Assembly (NCBI GenBank): GCA_000002445.1
Contig: CP000071.1
Location: forward strand, 320,001-384,000
Reading direction: 5' to 3'
From: Trypanosoma brucei
Lineage: Eukaryota
Length of the DNA stretch: 64,000 bases
Positions within the stretch are counted from its first letter, which is position 1. Each line of letters begins with the position of its first letter. Shown piece after piece: positions 10,827 to 19,736 of the stretch. The notes under the pieces are model-generated. The model saw nothing but the letters and a program-made list of their open reading frames with translations. It searched no databases and was not told the origin of the DNA. The position numbers and the translations under genes are program-made.

Positions 10827-13800
10827 CTAAGGACGGCAAGGTTGCGGGATACGGGGGTTCGGCGAGGTCACACCCGCACGACCATCGACAGCATTTGAAT
10901 TACCCTCCTTTTGAAATCCCTGAGGGCTCACTCCCCACTCATTCCCCAAAGTGGTAGTTCCATTTGCTCTTAACGGCTGTTGATAATTGCGGGGACGACT
11001 GTCCCTGGTACTTCTTGGTGGCGTTAGAACTGTGCGACCCGTTCGCGACAACTTGGCTCGCTGATTTTGTTGTTTGCTCTCCAGCGTCCAACGTATGTTC
11101 ATCGTGGGGTGCATACTACCGCGCCCGCTCTCGGCAACGTCGTCCAAGTGGGGGCGGGGACGGCGCGACTCCACTTCTTGGAATGGTTTGAGATGTGTCT
11201 CTGACCATTTTCCTCCAATGGCTGTGGTTGAGATAGCAGAAGGCGTTTTGGTTGGGCTTCGTAAATCGTGAGTCTCCGTAAAAAAGAAACTGCAGCGCTT
11301 GCCTGTCGCCGTATTTTCGTTAGCGTTTGCGTTCAGATACTGTGAACTGCCTCTCCTCAACCGCGTTCGGTCTAAGTGTTGGGGTTCCCCTTCCGACTGC
11401 AGTAACCCTAAATCTTCTTCAACATTACTAGGGCTCATGACGAGCAGAGGGTCAGCTAATGTGGTTACTCCTTTACCCATATCACCACATCGCAAAGGGG
11501 TTTCCTTCGTGAGGATTGAGGGCAAGATGCCTGCTATCGGAGGCACTTGCACACTCCCACGACTTACATCACCTACTCTCTGCCCCCGTCCCAAGTAGGG
11601 GCTCGGTGAAATACTAACACACTGAAACGAATCCATGGTTAACGCGCCGTCACTGCTGTTGATGTAAAGCTTCAATGCCTCCTCTAACGCGATCCATTGA
11701 GAGTTCGCAGCCAACTGCGGCAAGTCAAACTCGAACTGCGGATTTAGTTGCCCCTCGCGGCGCTCTGAGAGGGCGACGACGATGACACCCGGACGCCCCA
11801 CAACGCCAGCCTGCGCGAACTGCGGTAAGGAGGCGGTAACAGCTGTTTCCCCATCAGGAGTGCTAGGAAGTGATTCCTTGGCATCCTGAGTTCGAGAAAA
11901 ACTAAACGGGGGGCGTTGTAATTTGCTATGAAGGGAAATGAATGTAACACTGTGCCCCGTCCGGCTCAACGAATTACCATGCTGAGACGTGTACTCTCCA
12001 TCGTCCAGCTTCCTCTTGGCTTCTACATAAAACGAGGTCATGTGCTTCTCGTGCGAAGAGATAAAAAAAGAGATACTTGTATCAACGGCTGACTCAGCCT
12101 CTCCACCTCGCTTTACGTCGGTAGCAGATAGCGGCGGCCCTGCACCGGCAAACGTTTGACTCTCATCAGCATTTAGTTTAACTCTATCCAACACACCACT
12201 GTACCTCGCACTCGGAAAGGGATCCAGGCCTTGGCCATCCGAACAGCAAACATCCCTCAAGAGGCGCGCAACGGAAAGATCGACAGCCGCTGCATAGGCC
12301 TTCCCGTCAAGATCCTCAAGCTCTGACAAAACAGACATTTGCATCGGCAAGAAGTAAAGGTCCTCCATAATGATACCTTTCGAATCCATTTCTGACTCAT
12401 CGATCGGTAGTGCAGCCATGAGCAATTCCTTCGGTTTCTTAATCAAGTTTTGCATCTCATTATGTAGGGTTGTGGGCATACTGCCCAGGGACTGAAATCC
12501 CACATGTGACATGGCCCGCCGCGGTGATGCTTGCTTTCTACCATCAGCGCCACTAGAGTTTCCCCCGCCTGGTGAGTTGTAAACGCCAGAGCCACCACCT
12601 CTTTTGGCACCCTGCTTTAACAACGCCACCCTGTACTTCAACGTAATATTGCGCATCATTGCTTCGTGGAGCTTCTGTTTATTAGTCCCACTGGCATAAG
12701 CTTTACGTTGTCGTAGATTTTCCGCACTCTTCCACTGCTTCGTGAATTGGGTCTTCACAAACTCACCGATCCGCCGAATACCAGCGTCCAATGGGTTACA
12801 TGGTGAAAACTCCTGAAGACGCGCACACGCGTAGGGTGTCCACACACTAACCGACCCGTCCGCGCTCCCCACGTACAGGACGCCATTGCGTCGCGTTGTA
12901 ATACACTGCACTGCGTTATTATCTTCTGAAAAAAAAACTTCCTCGTCACGGCTCGCGCCTTCGTGGCAGCGACGTAACGCCTCGGTAATGCAGTCAGGTG
13001 GGGCTCCTTCGAGAAAAGCGTTCCAGTTGACGGAGATGGATTTATGCTGCCATCGGGACGATGCACCACCCTCTCGGTGGTCAGTTCCCTCCCTCGCGAG
13101 AAGACGCCTCTCGTCAACATACTTCATCAGTATTCTCACGCGCTCACGACGCTCGCGCCGTGCCCGCTCGATTATGGCTTCCATGGACAACAGGGTGAGA
13201 GGAGAGCTGGACACGGTGTTCACGGCGTGACGACGGAATAGAAGTTCCACCCAGTCCCCTGTTATCGGGGCCGGTCCTTCCTCTAACTCACCCGACGCCG
13301 CAATCGTTTCGACAAACTCCTCAATGTGGCAATTCGAGACCCGATTCGTGGAAGTGGGGTGCGAGCTATTGATTTCTTCAAACATGCTTTTTCGGTGGTG
13401 AAGCTCCTCCAAAATGCACTGACGAATGTGTCGCAAATCCTGCGAATTTATCATCGCAGCACACTTGGTTGTTTGGTCTCCATCCATTGCTCCATAATCC
13501 GTGGACGATGGTTGGCCGCTTCGTTGTGTTTGCATGAGCTGTAGCACATAGTGCAGAATTGCCGCCCCCAATAAAAGATCCGAGAGAGTTACGGTTGCAA
13601 GGTCCAACAAGGAAAACGTCGGTTCCGATGGGCCCCGGAACGTGGACGTTGAGGTCGGGTGTGGATGAAACAGCGATCGACAGGAATCATAGATCCACAA
13701 AAGCGATGGTCGCCACGACTGCAACGGCACCGCTGTCTGTGGCCTTTCCGACTGCCCATCAACTTCAGGGTTTGAAGATCCCTTGGGTAACCTCAGGGTC

Positions 13801-16800
13801 CCCAAGCTGGTGGATCTGCTAGAACTCACGGGCTTCGGTACGGAGGGCGCATTGCCTTCATCTGTGGAATCATCCGTTGCAGTCGGTTGTACCGTTGCAG
13901 CGGAGCCGCTCACCAAACTCCGTCGACGGCGATTTAGGAATGCGAGATCGTTGCGCTGCCTATTTATGGTCCTCATCACACGGTCAGGAGTCAGGTTAAA
14001 GAACACCAGCAAAACATTACACAACTCCACCTCTGCGCTGCCGCTTTGACCTTGTACAGACATTCTGCCGCGGGACATCAAGCTGGGCGATCTTCCAGAT
14101 AAAGAAGCAGGGTGAAGGTTCGCAGCAACTATTAGATTTCGCACCAAATACGATGTGACGAAGCCCTGCTGCGTACCAACGTACAGTGAGCAACAATGTG
14201 GGTCAAAGTGAAGCGTCGTCGGGGCACCGGGAACACGGAACCACCATACACAGGGAGTGGAGTTTAGACCATGCTGGTTAGTGCTCTCCACACTCGATTC
14301 CGTCAACTTGTCAACATTAAAAAGTTCCACGGATGGCTCATGCAAACTGGCTTGTTGCTGCCGCCGATATAACAACAAAGCCTTGTAGAAGTTATCAAAG
14401 AGGTCCAAAAAGGAAGCACCCTTCAGGAGGTAGAAACCAACAGTTCCCTGTACCTCTCCCACAACCAGGCAGGGATAGCCGCCAAGAAACGAAATAGTAG
14501 ACACCTCACTAGCAACATAAAACACTTGCAGGGCCATTCCGACGGCGGAGCCCATTCCCATCAGAGAGACACGACCGTTAACTTGCACGAGACATACAAG
14601 GTTTAACGCATGGCTAACAGTGATAAAACTAACTGCGTCGGCCTCCACCATTACGTTACGATATGCCTCGGCTGCCTCACTCTCGGTGCATCTAGTTGTA
14701 CGGCCACTTCTGTTGGCTGCTTCTTTCCTCATCAACGTGTTCTCCATCCGTAAATATGAAAGGGCCTTACTCACAAGAAACTCGGGAATGATGATGCGAT
14801 GCGCGTGCACACTACTGCCTAGAAGCGGGAAGAAACGGATAACTCCATCAACGTACACGACACACAACTCATGAGAGTTACGAGGGGTCATCATCCCGAC
14901 TACTTCACGGTGAACTGAAGAAGTTTTCGATCTCTCTAACGGAAGTTTGTGGCCCTCCCGGAGGAGACGTTGCAGGACAAAGGCGACATCATGAACGCCT
15001 ACGTGAGCCCCAACGTAACCATCTGGTGACTTCACATCATCACAGTCCTGGTTGTGTCGATTTTCGCCGGGGTTTCTAGTATACGTATACATGTGACGGC
15101 ACTGGAGCACAGCAGCGTAGATGAGCTCTGTAGAAGGGGACATAGTCAACAGCGTTTTCACCAATTGACCACTCTTTATTCGGTGCATACGAACATCCCC
15201 GCTTCCCAGGGCATAAAAAACGAACCGCTCTTGTGCATCTACGTGAGCGCAAATGACCCTATGCGTGGCCATCTGCTTTGACGAAACATCATCTTCGCCT
15301 GAGTTGTCTGCTCCTGCCGCGGCGGCTGCGGCGAATCGTGGAGTTGGAAGACCGCGAGCGGTTTGGTGGTTTGACTCCGGCGAAGGTCGGGAACCACCGC
15401 CGGCATCGCGGGCGGTGGACGCCTCGTGTTTCTGGGCGACCATCGCACGGCTGTTCTCCCGACGAGCCAAATCGGCCCGTTCAGTCGCGACACGGATAAC
15501 ATCATTTATTGTGGGAAGTGGCTGCTTGCATTCATCCAACTTATAGCGTTCCAAATCGGCAGCGGCGTTTGCGAGTTGTGCATCCGTGGGCAAATTCGAG
15601 CGTGACGCGAATGTGAGAGCCAAACGGGCCATGAGAAACTCTGGGTTATTCACCTTGAAACCAACCACAAGTTTGCTACTCTGGCAATCCCACACGCGAC
15701 AATCTGTGGGGCTCACGCTCACAAGCCACCGGTTTCGCTCACACATACCCACGTACAATGGCGGCGAGGAATGTGTTTTCATCGCAACTGAACCACTGAT
15801 GAACACACACACCAAATTATTTTTGGCCCCCGAAACAAACAGACGCCTCGTGTAGGCATCGTATGCAACCGTGCGAATGGGGTGAAGACTTCTTCTCTTC
15901 TGGTCATCCTCTAGCTTTGCGAATGACGTTTGCAAGATCGCGGCCAGTGCCCGGGAACCGGTGTCCCCAGCAACTCTCAAACGTTTATTGCCTGCATCAT
16001 CAACATCGAAGAGCCTAAAACCATTATTAGGTCCCATGTTTTCCTCCGACAAAAATCCCAAAGAGTTCATGCATTCTTCCGAAACAGCATAAAACGAAAA
16101 CTTGACGAGAGCGGTCCTCAGACTCCACACCTTTATGTGGCCACTCGTGTCAACGGTCGTTAGTTGCTCGAGGCTCTCATCAACTATAAATGATGCAATT
16201 TGGAAGTAATGGGGAGATATGGGGTCGTAAAAGTCTACACGAGAACTTTGGTGCGTCGTCCCCCATAGTGAAACACGGTTAGAGGAACTCAATGTCACAA
16301 TGGCGTTACCCGTCGGTGTGATATACGCAAGTCGCACTCCTCCACCAGTTTCCAATCGAAATGAGCGTACAAGTGTCATAGTACTCGCTCGGCTAAGAAC
16401 GATAGCACCGTCTAAGCTAGAGGTTAGAAGCATATCAGACGCTGTGAGGCATACGGATGTGACAACCTCCGAGTGAATTTTTTGCTCCTGCACAACGCGC
16501 CTTTCGAAGCGATCACGAACAGTTGAGGCAGCCACAATACCAGTAGTCATAATATCACTTGTTGAGGTCTGTGCTGAGATCATGCGTCGGAGAATTGCCT
16601 GTAGATCCAGTTTAATTACCTTTCCTGACCGTGTCCCAACGAAAAGGAAACCCTTTAACGGTAGGTTTTCATCAGCCGCCGCTGCACACCAGTCCATGGC
16701 GCAGATCGTCTCCTTCACATTCATCGTCAGACTCTCGGGAACCACCCAGATATGCTGATCCATGTTGTAGAAACGAATGATAAGATCATTCGTTAGGGTG

Positions 16801-18788
16801 ATAATAGTCTTGGGCAAATTGGGCCCAACGTCTTTTACCTCCATGCAGCATTCAATAGTGGGTTTGTTCCGATAATTGTTCTGGTCAGTTCGCTTTTCCT
16901 CCTTCTTTCGTTCGTCTTCCTCCTCTTCTGACAGACCCTGCTCTTTCTTCTGCTTCCGCTGCAGAGTAAACAACAACGACTGCTTTCCCCCGCCGTCCTG
17001 CAAGCGTCCATCCTCGTAGAGCACGTACCCCTTGGTAAACTTTTCCTGCTCCTTATTGTTTTCCCCTGTGCCAGCGTGGATGTCCCATCGTTCGGGGTCC
17101 CACGCGTCGGTTGCCCCATGACAATGCATAAGAAGCATTTCCGACGACCGTACCAACAGCTTCCGCTGAATAAGCCCATGGTATGAACTATCACACACCG
17201 CAAAGTCATTTGTTCCTTCCACGAGTACAGCAGCAGGGTTGTGACGGACCTTCGTTACCGCACGAACATAACCTAAGCGCCGCAACATTGATGGAAAGGG
17301 TTCTACCACACAATCGTCAAACACTGCCACGCCACTGCGTTCACTATCCTCACCGCAGTCCTGATCACACAACCCGCGGAGCTTTTCTTCCATGCATTCC
17401 GTAAGAGCATCTGTAAAGACCGACCAACTAATAACCCCCTTCTGCTCTGTATCAAATATATCAAAGCCCTGCATTGCAACCCGCCGGCACTCTTCCAGGA
17501 GAGAAACAGCCTCCTGAAGAAGAGAGTGGAGGGCTTCGTAACGAGGTGACACCAGAGGAGAAACGTTGTGAAGTGAATTACTTCCAGAGTCTCCCATGAC
17601 AACCGAAAGGCTAACCTCTGTCCTCGGTGTTGAGCCTCCGGCACAACTGGCACCCTGATTTGTTTGCTGAGACTTCACGCTGAATGCTTCCGCGGGAAAG
17701 CGGTCAAGGTAGTGCAAACGAAACAAGGCCCTGCTCAGCACGTACACAAAAACCGGAAGCGGTAGCACAAGGTTATCGGCATCTGTAACTAAGTGTGTGT
17801 GTCCGACTTTCTCACCTGCCTCATTTAAGCAGCTGCCGATCCCGTCGTGCAAGTCAAGATCCCGCATGTTCCTCGGCTTCGGTGCATTGCGTAAGTTTAC
17901 CATGAGTTCCTTTGTTCCGGCGTCAGGGAACTGTCTCGATACCACTGCAGTGAAAGTATCATTCGGGCGGGCCTTTCGCTTAGCCCTCAGCTCAAAAATC
18001 CTCTGCTGAACGTAACGATCATATATCCAAGTACACAACATTGCCTTCGTCTGCGAAGGAACATCCATCATACTCTTGACTGACTCCTCAACGGAAACAT
18101 CCGATGACGATTGGTCGTCTAAACTCTGCCAGGCCCGATCCGTTCCACCATCAGCGTTCGCACCGTCGTCTTCGCTTCTCACAGATGCTTGGTAAGATGG
18201 GGCTTTCGACCCCTGCCGCCCACGATGGGATCTATCCAAATGCTGCTCACCATACCGCATCTCCCTCTCGACGTGATTAACCAGCTTCTGCATGTCATTC
18301 AGGTCCCCGTGATTAAGAATGGCAGCGTGGGCCACGAATGACAACTTCAGCTTGTCGAGGTCTGTTGTCGCTAAATCTAATACCGACAGGGTGGAAGGAT
18401 TGCGGTAAGCACCGAGGGAACGAAAGGACTTTCTAGTGATGCGTGATTGCTTGGGGCGCCGCTTTAAGGGAGGCACCAGCGACTTGGACGACCACAAGCC
18501 GTCCTTCGGTTGTTCATCGGCGTCTGTGAAACTCACGAAAGGCACCGAAACGCTTCGGTTACGCACAGCATGTGACCCTGAAGGACTCGCAGGTGCACGG
18601 CTAATCGACTCCCCCTCCTCAGCCAACTTGGTGTCGGCTGCAGGGGAAGAAAATTCTGCGAAGCAGGACTTCGTCTCTGCCTCGTCATCGCCATGACTTG
18701 CGGCGGCGTTTACTTCGAAGTCCAGTGAAACTCCTACAGTGCTGCCGTGAGCTGAATTGGGCCCAACGGAACCAGTTAATGTAGACAT
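10827..18788 (-). CDS. Very large (2653 aa) WD40/beta-propeller repeat protein with a degenerate EF-hand-like loop (FDIFDTEQKGVISWSVF); function unknown, possibly cytoskeletal or flagellar.
   Basis: Single uninterrupted 7.96 kb ORF with an ATG start at 18788 (verified). There are multiple WD-like repeat segments (e.g. SLDGAIVLS, SSSNRVSLWG, TSGHIKVWSL, GSADGSVSVWT). No catalytic motif was recognised. Confidence 0.65.
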   Translation of the reverse strand: MSTLTGSVGPNSAHGSTVGVSLDFEVNAAASHGDDEAETKSCFAEFSSPAADTKLAEEGESISRAPASPSGSHAVRNRSVSVPFVSFTDADEQPKDGLWSSKSLVPPLKRRPKQSRITRKSFRSLGAYRNPSTLSVLDLATTDLDKLKLSFVAHAAILNHGDLNDMQKLVNHVEREMRYGEQHLDRSHRGRQGSKAPSYQASVRSEDDGANADGGTDRAWQSLDDQSSSDVSVEESVKSMMDVPSQTKAMLCTWIYDRYVQQRIFELRAKRKARPNDTFTAVVSRQFPDAGTKELMVNLRNAPKPRNMRDLDLHDGIGSCLNEAGEKVGHTHLVTDADNLVLPLPVFVYVLSRALFRLHYLDRFPAEAFSVKSQQTNQGASCAGGSTPRTEVSLSVVMGDSGSNSLHNVSPLVSPRYEALHSLLQEAVSLLEECRRVAMQGFDIFDTEQKGVISWSVFTDALTECMEEKLRGLCDQDCGEDSERSGVAVFDDCVVEPFPSMLRRLGYVRAVTKVRHNPAAVLVEGTNDFAVCDSSYHGLIQRKLLVRSSEMLLMHCHGATDAWDPERWDIHAGTGENNKEQEKFTKGYVLYEDGRLQDGGGKQSLLFTLQRKQKKEQGLSEEEEDERKKEEKRTDQNNYRNKPTIECCMEVKDVGPNLPKTIITLTNDLIIRFYNMDQHIWVVPESLTMNVKETICAMDWCAAAADENLPLKGFLFVGTRSGKVIKLDLQAILRRMISAQTSTSDIMTTGIVAASTVRDRFERRVVQEQKIHSEVVTSVCLTASDMLLTSSLDGAIVLSRASTMTLVRSFRLETGGGVRLAYITPTGNAIVTLSSSNRVSLWGTTHQSSRVDFYDPISPHYFQIASFIVDESLEQLTTVDTSGHIKVWSLRTALVKFSFYAVSEECMNSLGFLSEENMGPNNGFRLFDVDDAGNKRLRVAGDTGSRALAAILQTSFAKLEDDQKRRSLHPIRTVAYDAYTRRLFVSGAKNNLVCVFISGSVAMKTHSSPPLYVGMCERNRWLVSVSPTDCRVWDCQSSKLVVGFKVNNPEFLMARLALTFASRSNLPTDAQLANAAADLERYKLDECKQPLPTINDVIRVATERADLARRENSRAMVAQKHEASTARDAGGGSRPSPESNHQTARGLPTPRFAAAAAAGADNSGEDDVSSKQMATHRVICAHVDAQERFVFYALGSGDVRMHRIKSGQLVKTLLTMSPSTELIYAAVLQCRHMYTYTRNPGENRHNQDCDDVKSPDGYVGAHVGVHDVAFVLQRLLREGHKLPLERSKTSSVHREVVGMMTPRNSHELCVVYVDGVIRFFPLLGSSVHAHRIIIPEFLVSKALSYLRMENTLMRKEAANRSGRTTRCTESEAAEAYRNVMVEADAVSFITVSHALNLVCLVQVNGRVSLMGMGSAVGMALQVFYVASEVSTISFLGGYPCLVVGEVQGTVGFYLLKGASFLDLFDNFYKALLLYRRQQQASLHEPSVELFNVDKLTESSVESTNQHGLNSTPCVWWFRVPGAPTTLHFDPHCCSLYVGTQQGFVTSYLVRNLIVAANLHPASLSGRSPSLMSRGRMSVQGQSGSAEVELCNVLLVFFNLTPDRVMRTINRQRNDLAFLNRRRRSLVSGSAATVQPTATDDSTDEGNAPSVPKPVSSSRSTSLGTLRLPKGSSNPEVDGQSERPQTAVPLQSWRPSLLWIYDSCRSLFHPHPTSTSTFRGPSEPTFSLLDLATVTLSDLLLGAAILHYVLQLMQTQRSGQPSSTDYGAMDGDQTTKCAAMINSQDLRHIRQCILEELHHRKSMFEEINSSHPTSTNRVSNCHIEEFVETIAASGELEEGPAPITGDWVELLFRRHAVNTVSSSPLTLLSMEAIIERARRERRERVRILMKYVDERRLLAREGTDHREGGASSRWQHKSISVNWNAFLEGAPPDCITEALRRCHEGASRDEEVFFSEDNNAVQCITTRRNGVLYVGSADGSVSVWTPYACARLQEFSPCNPLDAGIRRIGEFVKTQFTKQWKSAENLRQRKAYASGTNKQKLHEAMMRNITLKYRVALLKQGAKRGGGSGVYNSPGGGNSSGADGRKQASPRRAMSHVGFQSLGSMPTTLHNEMQNLIKKPKELLMAALPIDESEMDSKGIIMEDLYFLPMQMSVLSELEDLDGKAYAAAVDLSVARLLRDVCCSDGQGLDPFPSARYSGVLDRVKLNADESQTFAGAGPPLSATDVKRGGEAESAVDTSISFFISSHEKHMTSFYVEAKRKLDDGEYTSQHGNSLSRTGHSVTFISLHSKLQRPPFSFSRTQDAKESLPSTPDGETAVTASLPQFAQAGVVGRPGVIVVALSERREGQLNPQFEFDLPQLAANSQWIALEEALKLYINSSDGALTMDSFQCVSISPSPYLGRGQRVGDVSRGSVQVPPIAGILPSILTKETPLRCGDMGKGVTTLADPLLVMSPSNVEEDLGLLQSEGEPQHLDRTRLRRGSSQYLNANANENTATGKRCSFFFTETHDLRSPTKTPSAISTTAIGGKWSETHLKPFQEVESRRPRPHLDDVAESGRGSMHPTMNIRWTLESKQQNQRAKLSRTGRTVLTPPRSTRDSRPRNYQQPLRANGTTTLGNEWGVSPQGFQKEGNSNAVDGRAGVTSPNPRIPQPCRP

Positions 18789-18880
18789 GTTATTTCCTTT
18801 TTTTTTTTGGCGGTGAATGTAACCTTAATGCCACGGGGAACAGCGAAGGTCACACGAATAATCTCTGCCACCTACAGAAG

Positions 18881-19010
18881 GCAATAAAGAATGTGAAATA
18901 GAGGTGGCAATAAGGAAACAACAAAACAAAATGCGTTTGAAGAAGGCACGATAATAACAATGACTTGGGAATTTTTTTTAACCGATAAAGCAACACGACT
19001 AAAAAAAAAA
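18881..19010 (-). promoter_or_regulatory. Purine-rich tract on the + strand, i.e. a polypyrimidine tract on the coding strand, upstream of the 2653-aa gene. Candidate trans-splicing acceptor region.
   Basis: Composition only; established kinetoplastid gene architecture. The exact AG acceptor was not determined. Confidence 0.3.
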
Positions 19011-19212
19011 AAACTCCTCCGTAACTCACTTGATTACCACTGCACACCTAAGTAGCATTGGAAAAGAACGTAATAACAGCAGTCCAGATAAAACTTTTTG
19101 AACTTCTCTCTAGCAGGCTAGAGGTTCACAACCCATCGTGCCACACTCACTCCGGTGCTCAGTTTCACTTTATGTACGCAGTCACATAGCAAATAAAAAA
19201 TTTAAGCGCTGC

Positions 19213-19275
19213 ACTCGGCCAATCCAAGCGGGAATAGCCTGGTTAACTGAAGTGGAGCACGCACATTGGCCGAGT
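19213..19275. repeat. Perfect 11-bp inverted repeat (actcggccaat / attggccgagt) separated by 41 nt.
   Basis: Read directly. Located in the intergenic region 18789..19736. Confidence 0.7.
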
Positions 19276-19736
19276 TGAAACAAAAAAGATAACAAACGAA
19301 ACGAGTGGGCAAACAAATGGTAAAGTAATGCAGGAAATTAGAAAGAAATAACATACGAAATAGAAAAGGTGAAGGAAGGAAGAAGTTCACCTCGCTCGGA
19401 AAGGAAAGAGAAAACACTAATCCAAAAAGAGGGTCAGTTCAAAAAGAACGGGAAGACTAATCGTCACATACCAAGTCCTTGTTCCCCTCCTCCTCCTCCC
19501 TCCATGGCTTCACAAAGGAGGGTTAGCTTCCCACCCACCCGCCTCCGAAACAAGATGAAATAAGCACCGAAAAGGTACGCACATCAAACAAGTGTTGAGA
19601 ACGGCGATTCATGTAACTATACGAAAGACATATGTGCATCAAACATGAGATTATTACCAAACACACATATGCGTGCATGCCCCCAAAAGGGAGGAAAAAA
19701 GTATGTCGCATGCAAGCAAGAAGCAGAAAAAATACG

